64,000 nucleotides of DNA. Origin: an uncultured virus (IMG/VR IMGVR_UViG_3300010157_000054) (Duplodnaviria > Heunggongvirae > Uroviricota > Caudoviricetes). The stretch lies in the IMG/VR virus record IMGVR_UViG_3300010157_000054; one strand, written 5' to 3'. Both the position numbers and the translations under genes were made by a program. A model generated the notes under the pieces. The model was not told the origin of the DNA. It searched no databases and saw only the letters and a program-made list of their open reading frames with translations. Below are positions 38,134 to 48,114 of the stretch, in pieces; within the stretch, counting starts at the first letter, position 1, and every line of letters begins with the position of its first letter.

Positions 38134-39980
38134 GCTACATAATCAATAAAACTGATGGATCTGTATTAACAGAAATAGTTGACGGCACTATTGACCAAAC
38201 AGCCACTGACTTAACACTAGTCGGAAAAAATGCCAGTAGTTACGGTGAAGCATTTAATGAAAATTTTGTTCATCTCTTAGAAAATTTTGCCAATACTAGC
38301 GCACCGAATAATCCGATTCAAGGGCAATTATGGTTTGATACTAGTGAAAATAGATTAAAAATTTACGACGGTGGTGGCTTTAAAGTAAGCGGAGGTAGTA
38401 TTGTTTCTAATACTATTCCTTCAACTATCGGCCAAGGCGATATATGGATTGATAGTCGAAGGAAACAACTGTATTTCAACGATGGAGTATCTACTATATT
38501 AGCAGGACCATCTTGGTCAACGTTCCAAGGAATAACTGGATGCGAAGTAGTTGATATAGCCGATACCAATAATAATCCTCGAACAATAATTTTATTCAAG
38601 GTTGGTGGGATTTTATTAGGAATTTTTAGTAATACTCAATTTGTTCCACTGATTGACGGCGATGGATTAGGTCTTGAGTTTCAAGGTCCGTCTTTTAACA
38701 TAGCCACTAGTTACGTTAGGGGCGATCGAGTAACACATAGAAATAACCCGAATACTCCTCCTACGTTAATATATGAAGCAATTACAGCAAGTGTTCCAAC
38801 GGGAACATTGCCGACTGATATTACATATTGGAAACAGGTAACTATTAGTCCTGGGTTTAATGCTAGTACACTAGGCAATTTAAAATTTGATGTTACTACT
38901 ACACGAGCAAATGCGTTAATCGATGGTAACGGCGATTTGAAAACCGCAGATAATTTTATAGGTAATGTAGGCGATGCTTCTATCAATGGTACATTAACTA
39001 TCACTAACGTAGTTCCTCTAATTCTTGGCGGAAGTACACAGTCTCAAGTAACAGTCAGTAATGCGCTATTTGAATTAGCATCAAATATATCTGATCAAAA
39101 CTTCCAAGTATCGTCAAAGAACGCAGCCAACGGACTGCAAGCTAGTATCTTCGTTAATTCTCGAAATGAAAAGGTGGGCATTTATACTAATACACCAACA
39201 GCCACGTTAGATGTCAACGGTGATACTCGTATTAGAGGTAGTTTGACAGTTGAAAAGAACATTACTGCTATCAATCAGTACGAAGTAAATATTGAAGAAA
39301 AACTTCTCAATCTAGGTAAAACATCAAACGCAACTAATAGTACAGCGAATGGCGGCGGTATCTTATTAGAAGGCGGACTAGACGGTGATAAAACCTTATT
39401 ATGGTCATCTACTATACCAGCATGGTCAAGCTCGGAAAATTTTAATATTGCCAGTTCTAAAGGATACTTTATCAACGGTATCCAAATACTAAATTATACA
39501 ACACTTGGTAGTTCTGTACTTAATTCTAGCCTAACTGGAGTTGGTATATTACGTGCTTTACAAGTTTATAGCAATTCTGCTTCATGCGGTACCAGCATTG
39601 ACGGAAATACAATTAGCTATACTAGTAATAGTTTTGCGTCTGGCGATGTTGTATTATTACCAAAGGGCACTGGAAATGTCAGTGTTAGTAATAGAAAGAT
39701 TGTTAACGTTTCAAACGCCCAAGATGCTACAGATGCTGTAAATTTACAAACAGTACAGGCGTTAATTAGCAGTGCTCCCCTAGGATTGTCAGCTGATACA
39801 GCGTTTTTAGCCGGAGCAACGTTAAATGCTGACATTGCCACACAGATTATTGAAAAAGTTTATCCAGCAATTACCCACGGGATTGGTACAGAATGTAGAA
39901 TTTGGTGTATTGATCTAGGAATTGCAAAGCTATTCACTATATCTGCTCTTGGGGTATGGGGTTGGTCAACCAATCTGTAA
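38130..39980 (+). CDS. Tail fibre-like structural protein (616 aa)
   Basis: Shares LVGKN...ENF.HLLENFA...GQLW N-terminus with neighbours; VGIYTNTPTATLDVNG and DAVNLQ fibre motifs. Confidence 0.75.
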   Translation: MSYIINKTDGSVLTEIVDGTIDQTATDLTLVGKNASSYGEAFNENFVHLLENFANTSAPNNPIQGQLWFDTSENRLKIYDGGGFKVSGGSIVSNTIPSTIGQGDIWIDSRRKQLYFNDGVSTILAGPSWSTFQGITGCEVVDIADTNNNPRTIILFKVGGILLGIFSNTQFVPLIDGDGLGLEFQGPSFNIATSYVRGDRVTHRNNPNTPPTLIYEAITASVPTGTLPTDITYWKQVTISPGFNASTLGNLKFDVTTTRANALIDGNGDLKTADNFIGNVGDASINGTLTITNVVPLILGGSTQSQVTVSNALFELASNISDQNFQVSSKNAANGLQASIFVNSRNEKVGIYTNTPTATLDVNGDTRIRGSLTVEKNITAINQYEVNIEEKLLNLGKTSNATNSTANGGGILLEGGLDGDKTLLWSSTIPAWSSSENFNIASSKGYFINGIQILNYTTLGSSVLNSSLTGVGILRALQVYSNSASCGTSIDGNTISYTSNSFASGDVVLLPKGTGNVSVSNRKIVNVSNAQDATDAVNLQTVQALISSAPLGLSADTAFLAGATLNADIATQIIEKVYPAITHGIGTECRIWCIDLGIAKLFTISALGVWGWSTNL

Positions 39981-39994
39981 ACGAGCCAAAATAG

Positions 39995-40002
39995 AATAAA
40001 TA
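39995..40002 (+). promoter_or_regulatory. Late promoter AATAAATA
   Basis: Upstream of ATG 40026 with AAGGA SD. Confidence 0.6.
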
Positions 40003-40025
40003 CTAAGAATAAGGAATGATGGAAA

Positions 40026-41561
40026 ATGCCATATACGATTAATCATTACAACGGAGATTTTGCTGTTACTGTTGCCGACGGCACAGTTGATACTAGCTAT
40101 GCAGTTAAACTTGTTGGCAAAAACTACGCTGGTTACGGTGAACTTCAGAATGAGAACTTTCTAGCATTGTTAGAAAACTTTGCTAACGGCATTGAACCAG
40201 CAAGAAAAACAGCGGGTCAACTGTGGTATAACAGCACAGACAAAAAATTAAAGTTTTTTGACGGTAGTAAATTTAAGTCAACAGGCGGAGCAGAAATAAC
40301 TGATAGTGTTGAACCGTTAGGGCTTGTTGAGGGCGATTTTTGGTGGAAACGCAGTACCAAACAATTATTTGCTAGAAATAACGCAGGAACATTTACACTA
40401 GTTGGGCCGCAGGCCGCCGGAACAAATCAAACTGAAATGTTTTCTAGAGAATTAATCGATACTAGAATTCCAGCACAAACTCATCCGGTAATTGAAGCAA
40501 GAGTTAATGGTCTTACATCGTTTATTATTGCGCCAATTGACGCAGTACCTTTTAATATTGATAAAGGTATTGAAGGACAAAATATCTCAGGTTTTACTAC
40601 AGTTCACCCTGGAATTACACTAGCGTTGACTGAAGAATCAGATCCAGCTAATGATATGTATGGTGTTACTGATTCGGCAGACATTAGATTCTTTGGTACT
40701 GCTACTAACTCAGACAAGCTAGGCGGCGTGCTGGCAGCAAACTTTGTAAGGAATGATCAAGCATCTGCATTTACTCGAGTTGTTAGATTTGCCGATGCTG
40801 GTTATACAGTCGGTGATAGTTGGGCAACAAACGGTTTATTAGTTGATATTTCTGGAGCATATCCAAGAATACAAACACAAGGTTCATCTTTACGAGTACA
40901 AACAAAAGCATCAGGAGTTATAAAGACTCCTATTAAATTAGTTGGCAATGCAATTCTTAACGGCGGTGACGACAACGACGGATTTACATACGACATCGGT
41001 TCATCTACTGTAAAATTCAACACAGTCTATGCCAATGTTTTTAATGGTGCTGCCACTAAGGCTGACAGTGTAAGTGTAGGTGGTGTATATAGAACTGCTA
41101 GCGTTGATTCGTCTGGTGTTGGAACAGGTAATACGATCGTTGCTAGAGACGCTACCGGTAATATCAATGCCGTATTATTTCAAGGTATTGCTACACAAGC
41201 TCGTTATGCTGACTTAGCAGAAAAATATCTTGCTGATGTCGACTATGAGATTGGTACAGTTGTGATGATCGGTGGTGAAAAAGAGGTTACAGCCGGACAG
41301 GTTGGATTCCGTGCTATTGGCGCAGTATCTGCTAACCCGGCATACATGATGAATAGCGATTTAGAAGGCGGCACTTACATTGCGTTAAAAGGCCGTGTTC
41401 CTGTCAAAGTAATAGGGCATATTGCCAAGGGTCAACGTTTAGTGGCAGGCGCCGACGGCACTGCGCAAGCCGCATCTGGTAATACAGCTGACTATTTTGC
41501 TATAGCATTAGAAACAAGTGCTGACGCTGGTACGCGATTAGTTGAAGCTTTAATTTTATAA
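40026..41561 (+). CDS. Tail fibre-like protein with C-terminal chaperone-like domain (511 aa)
   Basis: Same N-terminal module; C-terminal YADLAEKY...GRVPVKV resembles intramolecular chaperone domains of fibres. Confidence 0.7.
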   Translation: MPYTINHYNGDFAVTVADGTVDTSYAVKLVGKNYAGYGELQNENFLALLENFANGIEPARKTAGQLWYNSTDKKLKFFDGSKFKSTGGAEITDSVEPLGLVEGDFWWKRSTKQLFARNNAGTFTLVGPQAAGTNQTEMFSRELIDTRIPAQTHPVIEARVNGLTSFIIAPIDAVPFNIDKGIEGQNISGFTTVHPGITLALTEESDPANDMYGVTDSADIRFFGTATNSDKLGGVLAANFVRNDQASAFTRVVRFADAGYTVGDSWATNGLLVDISGAYPRIQTQGSSLRVQTKASGVIKTPIKLVGNAILNGGDDNDGFTYDIGSSTVKFNTVYANVFNGAATKADSVSVGGVYRTASVDSSGVGTGNTIVARDATGNINAVLFQGIATQARYADLAEKYLADVDYEIGTVVMIGGEKEVTAGQVGFRAIGAVSANPAYMMNSDLEGGTYIALKGRVPVKVIGHIAKGQRLVAGADGTAQAASGNTADYFAIALETSADAGTRLVEALIL

Positions 41562-41573
41562 TAGGATACAAAA

Positions 41574-42518
41574 ATGGCCGCAGGTGTTGGACAAAAAATT
41601 GAAGCCACTGACTATAACAGTATTCAAAATAAAATAGCTGGAATTTTGGGAACTGGTAGTGGTACTTCTGGATACGGACAAGCAGTCTCTAGTTCGGCTG
41701 TTGTGTCCGGCGACAAAATCAATCTCAGCGGTTGGTTAAATCTCAGAGCTGATTTACGTGCTGCACGCGAGCATCAATTAGGCACTGGTACAGTTAGTAC
41801 AGGTACTGCTACTGATGGCGCAAATTTACTAGTTCCTGCCAATAGCCTAGTTGTTACTGAAGAACTTAGAAATCAATACAATTTATTTGCTGATACAGTG
41901 ATAGCAAACAAATGGTTATTAGGCACTCCGGGTCAATACTCAACAGAAATTGTTATTACCTATGCTAAATCGGGTGCTTGGAACGGTACAATATCTAATG
42001 TAGTTACTATTTCTGGTAGCGCAAGCGGTGCTGGCACTGTTGATAATATGCGATTCTTTTTTAATGCTGGCGGTAGTTTTCAACTTCAATCTAGTCGAAC
42101 TGGCCCAAGCGCAGGATCAAAAGATGACACTTGGACAACCATGTTAACTCAGGCAGCAGTGGTTACTATGAATCATAGTACTACTACTTACTCCGGGTCA
42201 AATGGCACAGTATATAGTATTGGATATGATTCGCTAACTACATCAAATCAACTAATCTTTGGAAAACCGGCAGACGCAGGAAAGTACGCAGAAAACGATT
42301 ATTTTATCTATGCTAGAAAATCAGCTAACGGTGCTGATGTTATTTTTACATTACAATTCCAGGATGATGATACTGGGGATCAAACCGGTCTTGGCCCACC
42401 AGTAGATGAGAATGTCAATGCTGCCGGCGGCACTTTAAATACTTCAGTAAGTATGATTAGACCATCTGGGTCAAATGTTTCGATACTAGCACCTACATCA
42501 AGCCAAACCGGAATGTAA
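41574..42518 (+). CDS. Putative virion structural protein (314 aa)
   Basis: Gly/Ser/Thr-rich; GYGQ and RFFFNAGG motifs; AGGA SD; in the tail operon. Confidence 0.6.
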   Translation: MAAGVGQKIEATDYNSIQNKIAGILGTGSGTSGYGQAVSSSAVVSGDKINLSGWLNLRADLRAAREHQLGTGTVSTGTATDGANLLVPANSLVVTEELRNQYNLFADTVIANKWLLGTPGQYSTEIVITYAKSGAWNGTISNVVTISGSASGAGTVDNMRFFFNAGGSFQLQSSRTGPSAGSKDDTWTTMLTQAAVVTMNHSTTTYSGSNGTVYSIGYDSLTTSNQLIFGKPADAGKYAENDYFIYARKSANGADVIFTLQFQDDDTGDQTGLGPPVDENVNAAGGTLNTSVSMIRPSGSNVSILAPTSSQTGM

Positions 42519-42569
42519 GCTCCCGCTGTAAAAAATAGATAATTACTTGATATATTCAAGAGGTTATCT

Positions 42570-42920
42570 ATGGACGAACGTTTAGAAAAAGCGTATCAAG
42601 TTGTCAACTACATGGCAACGCTATCTGCTCAAAAACGAGTAATTAAAGAAGAATTTGATCAAAAGTTGCTGCATTATGTAAACGGTAGCACATTCAAAAT
42701 CACACCAACTTTAATTAATTTTACAAAAACAGTTATAGATCTAGGGCATACTACTGATGTGGCATTTCTAGACGAAAATAATCTTCCAGTACTTATCGAA
42801 GATGTACAGGTATTTTTTGATATAATTGTTGATCAATATTTTCAATCCTTAAATATCTACGCAGTTAAGACAGCAGAAATTAAGTCTAAACGTTCAGTAA
42901 CAGCTATTACTTCATTATGA
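42570..42920 (+). CDS. Hypothetical protein (116 aa)
   Basis: GAGG SD; GATAATTA late-like motif at 42538-42545. Confidence 0.7.
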   Translation: MDERLEKAYQVVNYMATLSAQKRVIKEEFDQKLLHYVNGSTFKITPTLINFTKTVIDLGHTTDVAFLDENNLPVLIEDVQVFFDIIVDQYFQSLNIYAVKTAEIKSKRSVTAITSL

Positions 42921-43750
42921 CCCACGGCGCAGTTATATTCGCACAAAATAACGGAGCAATTGACTATGTTAAAATTGCAACATTTTCTGCTAAACAAATT
43001 AAAAAATATTTGAATATTCCTGTATCGTTAATTACTGATTCTCCCACATCAGTAACTGAAGATGTGTTTGATCAAATTATTGTAATTAGTTCTAATACCA
43101 CGCAAACAAAGAAATTTTTTGACGGCGCATTATCATCAAAAAATTTAATATGGAAAAATCAATCACGTAGTCAGGTGTTTGAACTAACACCGTATGATAC
43201 AACATTAGTCATCGACAGCGATTATATCGTTAATTCATCAGTGTTATTACCTGCTTTTGATAGCGACAGTAATTTTCAAATATATCGTACTAGTTTAGAT
43301 CTTGCCGGTTGGCGCAACACCAGTAGCTTTGATAGATTAAATCAGTACAGTATTCCATTTTATTGGGCCACAGTGTTTATATTCAAGAAAGATGAAATTA
43401 CACAAACATTTTTTAATATTGTAGATAATATTAAATTAAATTGGGAATATTATAGATTATTGTATACTATAGATTCAAAAGTATTTAGAAATGATTTTGC
43501 TTTTAGTATAGCAATTCATATTATGAATAACAATACTACTGGCGAGTTTGCTACTGCGCTTCCGGGGAGTATGACATATATCCTAGATCGAGATTTGTTA
43601 GTAGAAATGGCAGAAGATAGAATGCAATTCTTAGTTGAAAAAGAAAGCTACCACGGAGAATATACGCTAGTTAAAACTACAGGACTTGATGTCCATGTCA
43701 TGAATAAATCTAGTTTACTTAGAGTAGTTGAAGGAGGTCAAGGTGTCTAA
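42917..43750 (+). CDS. GT-A fold glycosyltransferase-like protein
   Basis: LTPYDTTLVIDSD DxD motif; RNDFAFSIA; HVMNK. Confidence 0.65.
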   Translation: MTHGAVIFAQNNGAIDYVKIATFSAKQIKKYLNIPVSLITDSPTSVTEDVFDQIIVISSNTTQTKKFFDGALSSKNLIWKNQSRSQVFELTPYDTTLVIDSDYIVNSSVLLPAFDSDSNFQIYRTSLDLAGWRNTSSFDRLNQYSIPFYWATVFIFKKDEITQTFFNIVDNIKLNWEYYRLLYTIDSKVFRNDFAFSIAIHIMNNNTTGEFATALPGSMTYILDRDLLVEMAEDRMQFLVEKESYHGEYTLVKTTGLDVHVMNKSSLLRVVEGGQGV

Positions 43751-44585
43751 AGGATTCGTTGTTCTTGCTCAAAATACAAGCACAGTAGACTATGTAAAGC
43801 AAGCATATGCTCTTGCGCTTAGTATTAAAAATACTCAAAAAACAGTAACTACAATTTCATTAATCACTAATGATCCAGTGCCTGTCCAATACAAACATGT
43901 ATTCGATAAAATAATAGAAATTCCGTGGGGCGATCTTGCGAATAACCCAGTTTGGAAAATTGAAAATCGTTGGAAGATATTTCATGTATCTCCATACGAA
44001 GAAACAATTGTATTAGATACTGACATGTTATTTTTAGATGATATTAGTGATTGGTGGAAGTATTGTAGTAATAGTGATCTTAAATTTTGCTCAACGATTA
44101 AAAATTATAAAAATGAAATTATATCTACAGACATTGTACATAGGAAAACGTTTATTGCTAACAAGTTACCTAACCCTTATGTGGCATTATTTTATTTTAA
44201 AAAATCAGACTTAGCACTTGAGTTCTTTAAGGTGTTAGAATTTGTTGTTAAAAATTGGGAATTTTGTTCAAAAACTATTACTACTACTAGCCCGCAAAAA
44301 TGGCTCAGTATTGATTTAGCAACGGCAATGTCAATCTACATTATGGGCATTGAAGAACAGGTACTAGACCCATGTTCACCACTTGAGTTTACACATATGA
44401 AGACTGCGATCCAAGGATGGAGTCCAGTTCCGTCATCGTGGCAAAATGTTGTATCGTTTAATTTTGATGACGGAGTTATGCTAGTTGGCAATTATCGTCA
44501 ACAGTTTTTGTTTCATTATGTAGAAAAAGATTTTCTAACAGACACCATGCTGGTAAAATTAGAAGGGCAAAAAATTTATGACTGA
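43743..44585 (+). CDS. GT-A fold glycosyltransferase-like protein, paralogue of the previous gene
   Basis: SPYEETIVLDTDMLF DxD motif; FHYVEK end. Start set at GTG 43743 after GGAGG. Confidence 0.7.
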   Translation: MSKGFVVLAQNTSTVDYVKQAYALALSIKNTQKTVTTISLITNDPVPVQYKHVFDKIIEIPWGDLANNPVWKIENRWKIFHVSPYEETIVLDTDMLFLDDISDWWKYCSNSDLKFCSTIKNYKNEIISTDIVHRKTFIANKLPNPYVALFYFKKSDLALEFFKVLEFVVKNWEFCSKTITTTSPQKWLSIDLATAMSIYIMGIEEQVLDPCSPLEFTHMKTAIQGWSPVPSSWQNVVSFNFDDGVMLVGNYRQQFLFHYVEKDFLTDTMLVKLEGQKIYD

Positions 44586-45195
44586 CGAAATAGAATACCT
44601 AACTGATGAACAACTAGCTTCTATTTCTGGTGTTATTGATAATCTATATTACGTTTATTTTCTTGAAGGCGGTAAAATAGATGCCATTACTAATGAAAAA
44701 CGAGAAAACAGTGCTGTCAATTTTATCAAAGTAGAGTACAACCGAATTGAAAAATTCCTAGTTGGCAAGGAAAATTTTTCTGAATATATTGTGTCGTTGA
44801 TTGATAAAGATACTCCGGTTATTGTTAAACCGTCCGAGTCAATTAACGCAAATACACACTGGTTATTAAAAATAATTGACCAACCTACAGACAACACTAC
44901 ACTGACTATAGTATGGAATAACGTTAACAAAACTTGGAAATTTTCTATTAATGAATCTTCAAGAACACAAATTAAACAGATTGGATTAACGGCGCAATTA
45001 TTATTTTTTATCACGTTTAACAATAATCCAAATTTCTTAATTAGAACAATTAGTATAGACATACTTGATATATCAAACACAGAAGCAATTGAAATTCCAT
45101 GGATTTCAGCGTCAGAACAAGATTATTATAGTATATCTATCAGTACCCGACGATTCTTTGAATCTTATGGAATTTTAAAGTATGAGCAAAATTAA
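44578..45195 (+). CDS. Hypothetical protein (205 aa)
   Basis: ORF overlapping both neighbours in the glycosyltransferase cluster. Confidence 0.65.
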   Translation: MTDEIEYLTDEQLASISGVIDNLYYVYFLEGGKIDAITNEKRENSAVNFIKVEYNRIEKFLVGKENFSEYIVSLIDKDTPVIVKPSESINANTHWLLKIIDQPTDNTTLTIVWNNVNKTWKFSINESSRTQIKQIGLTAQLLFFITFNNNPNFLIRTISIDILDISNTEAIEIPWISASEQDYYSISISTRRFFESYGILKYEQN

Positions 45196-46078
45196 AATCA
45201 TTGAACAAGATGTTATATTTCTCAGTTACGATGAACCAAATGCTGAAAAAAACTACGCAGATTTATGTAATAAACTACCGTGGGCTAAACGTGTTCACGG
45301 TGTAAAAGGCAGCGATGCTGCACACAAAGCCTGCGCCGCGCTAAGTGACACTGAGTACTTTGTTACTGTAGATGCTGACAACATAGTCGATACAGAATTT
45401 TTTAAAATTGAAATAGATCTAGACGAATTGAATTTAACCCCGGACCATGTGTTTAGTTGGTGTGGTAGTGTTCATGTTAATGGATTAAGGTATGGCAATG
45501 GCGGCCTTAAACTATGGACACGTAAATTTGTTAACAATATGAAAACACACGAAAATTCAAATCCAGATGACACTAAAGGGCTAGTTGAATTTTGTTTTGA
45601 TGACAAGTATTATCAATTTAACGAAAACTACAGCGAAAGTTATACTAATGCCAGCCCCTTTCAAGCATGGAGAGCAGGATTTCGTGAAGGTGTAAAAATG
45701 AGCTTAGATCAGGGTGCTAAGGTAAAAGACCTTAAAACTATTTGGTGGCAAAATTACGATCGATTATTAATATGGTGTAATGTAGGTGCCGATGTTGAAC
45801 ATGGATTATGGTCAATGTACGGAGCCAGAGAAGGCGCATATTTAACCAACTGTACAGATTGGGATTATGCTAATGTGCGCGACTTTGAATGGCTTACTAA
45901 TGAGTGGGAAACTACGTATAGTAAAATTACAACAGATATGTTGCCGTATGAAATTATGGGATTAGGTGAAACATTAATTCACGAATGCGGTCTAGAAATA
46001 ACAACATTAGACTCTAACAGCAGTAAATTTTTTAAAACAGTTTATAACAACACTCCTCGTAGAATAAGAAAACGATAA
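45182..46078 (+). CDS. GT-A fold glycosyltransferase-like protein (298 aa)
   Basis: IFLSYDEP, RVHGVKG..AH, FVTVDAD DxD, YGNGGLKLW, AWRAGFRE. Confidence 0.7.
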   Translation: MSKIKIIEQDVIFLSYDEPNAEKNYADLCNKLPWAKRVHGVKGSDAAHKACAALSDTEYFVTVDADNIVDTEFFKIEIDLDELNLTPDHVFSWCGSVHVNGLRYGNGGLKLWTRKFVNNMKTHENSNPDDTKGLVEFCFDDKYYQFNENYSESYTNASPFQAWRAGFREGVKMSLDQGAKVKDLKTIWWQNYDRLLIWCNVGADVEHGLWSMYGAREGAYLTNCTDWDYANVRDFEWLTNEWETTYSKITTDMLPYEIMGLGETLIHECGLEITTLDSNSSKFFKTVYNNTPRRIRKR

Positions 46079-48114
46079 TGTACGATATAATTTTTATTAC
46101 CACTAGTAGTAATGCAAGCATAGAAAGATATAAAAAATTTAAATTTTTTTATCCACTGGCTAAACAAGCAAAGACCTACGACGAAGCAAAGACAAAATCT
46201 CTTACAAAATTATTTTGGTTAGTGTGGTATGATGTAGAAGTATTACCATCATTTAATTTTACTTACGAAGTGCCGGATTGGGATCAAAAATATATCCATA
46301 TATTTAAACATGATGCTTCGTTTGCCTGTGTTGGAATATGCCTATCATCGAAAGAAATCAATATATCAAAAAGAGAATTTGATTATCGATACATTATTAA
46401 CAATAAAAAAGAAATAGACATTCCAGCAACAACCACTAGAAAATATGAGATATTTTGTATTGATACATACAAAGAATATTTAGACGCGATAGAACGCTGT
46501 ACAACTGATATGTTTTGGATGATTTCTAATAAGATATCAGTGGTTGACGATTTTAAATTTGATATCACCTTTGATCCATTTGATGGAAAGTATGACTATG
46601 ACCGTAATGAGAATCATGCGTTCATTCATAGAGGAAATGGAAAAGATACGTATAACGGAGTATTCTTACTTTCTAAAAATAAACTATTGAGTAAACGAGA
46701 AGTTGAATATAGATTTCCAGTACAACGTAAAGAATGGGATATTGTTGCTAGCATCACTAAAACTTATGAGATATTTTGTATTGATACTTATAAAGAATAT
46801 TTAGACGCAATGGAAAGCTGTACGACTGGTATGTTTTGGATGACTTCAAAAAAAATAGCGATCGACCCAGATTTTAAATTTGATATCACCTTTGATCCAT
46901 TTGATGGAAAGTATGACTATGACCGTAATGAGAATCATGTGTTTATTCACAGAGACAACGGGAAAGATACGTATAACGGAGTATTCTTACTTTCTAAAAA
47001 TAAACCATTAAGTAAACGGGAAATTGAACATAGATTTCCAGTACACCGTAAAGAATGGGATATTGTTGCCAGCGTTCCGCCAGAATACGAAAAATTTACG
47101 TTAGATACTTATAACGATTATCTAAATGCAGTTTCTAGCTCAAACACTGAATTATTTTGGAATATTCCGTCTAATGTAACTGTTAATCCTAATTTTAAAT
47201 TTAATTTGTTTTTTGGAAAAGAAGAAGAAGAGTATACTTACGATAAGAATATAAACCATTTATTTTTAAATGGTGAACACTATGACGGGGTTACGTTATA
47301 CAGCACTCATTCTATAGTAACTGAACGAGAATTTACCAACAGATTTCCATTAAACAAAAAAGAATGGAATGTGATAGCATCAACACCTAATCCTTATGAT
47401 ATTGTGTTTATATCGTATAATGAATCATTTGCTGATGATAATTTTACTAAATTAAAAATACGTTTTCCTCGGGCAATTCGAGTTCACGGAGTTAAAGGAA
47501 TTCATCAAGCACACATCGAAGCGGCAAAGTTAGCAACTACAGAAATGTTTTGGGTAGTAGATGCTGACGCAATTATTGAAGATTCTTTTAATTTTGAATT
47601 TGAATATATTCCGTATCGTAATATTCAAAGCAGAAAAATGGTTCGCAGTATTGTTCATGTATGGCAAAGTAAAAATCCAATTAATGGATTGATATACGGC
47701 TATGGCGGAGTTAAGTTGTTGCCTAAGGCATTAACAATGCATATGAGTACTACTACTACTGACATGACTACAAGTATAAGTTCTAAATTTAAAGTAATGC
47801 CACAAGTATCAAACATAACTGCTTTTAATACAGATCCATTTAATACTTGGAAATCAGCATTTCGCGAATGTGTTAAGTTATCAAGTAAAGTAATCGACGG
47901 CCAAGTTGATATTGAAACTGAAGAAAGATTAGATGCATGGTGTGTGCTTAATGATGATGTGTCTTATGGGTTTTACGCCTACGCAGGCGCACTCGCTGGT
48001 AAAACATACGGCCAAGAAAATGCCGGCAATTTACCGGCGCTTTCTTTAATTAATGATTTTGATTGGTTACGAACTCAGTTTGATGCTAGTTCAGTTGCCA
48101 TCGGAAAAATTTGA
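46078..48114 (+). CDS. Multi-repeat glycosyltransferase-like protein (678 aa)
   Basis: C-terminal domain paralogous to the 298-aa protein (FISYNE, RVHGVKGIHQAH, FWVVDAD, YGYGGVKLL, WKSAFRE), preceded by four degenerate repeats. Confidence 0.7.
   Translation: MYDIIFITTSSNASIERYKKFKFFYPLAKQAKTYDEAKTKSLTKLFWLVWYDVEVLPSFNFTYEVPDWDQKYIHIFKHDASFACVGICLSSKEINISKREFDYRYIINNKKEIDIPATTTRKYEIFCIDTYKEYLDAIERCTTDMFWMISNKISVVDDFKFDITFDPFDGKYDYDRNENHAFIHRGNGKDTYNGVFLLSKNKLLSKREVEYRFPVQRKEWDIVASITKTYEIFCIDTYKEYLDAMESCTTGMFWMTSKKIAIDPDFKFDITFDPFDGKYDYDRNENHVFIHRDNGKDTYNGVFLLSKNKPLSKREIEHRFPVHRKEWDIVASVPPEYEKFTLDTYNDYLNAVSSSNTELFWNIPSNVTVNPNFKFNLFFGKEEEEYTYDKNINHLFLNGEHYDGVTLYSTHSIVTEREFTNRFPLNKKEWNVIASTPNPYDIVFISYNESFADDNFTKLKIRFPRAIRVHGVKGIHQAHIEAAKLATTEMFWVVDADAIIEDSFNFEFEYIPYRNIQSRKMVRSIVHVWQSKNPINGLIYGYGGVKLLPKALTMHMSTTTTDMTTSISSKFKVMPQVSNITAFNTDPFNTWKSAFRECVKLSSKVIDGQVDIETEERLDAWCVLNDDVSYGFYAYAGALAGKTYGQENAGNLPALSLINDFDWLRTQFDASSVAIGKI
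46444..47085. repeat. 321-bp (107-aa) tandem duplication inside the CDS
   Basis: Copies start at 46444 and 46765 (YEIFCIDTYKEYLDA...KEWDIVAS), with long identical nucleotide runs. Confidence 0.92.

Noticed and set aside
46444..47085. 321-bp repeat pair as a diversity-generating retroelement TR/VR
   Set aside because: Both copies are in frame in one CDS, differences are not confined to adenines, and no reverse transcriptase is in the window.
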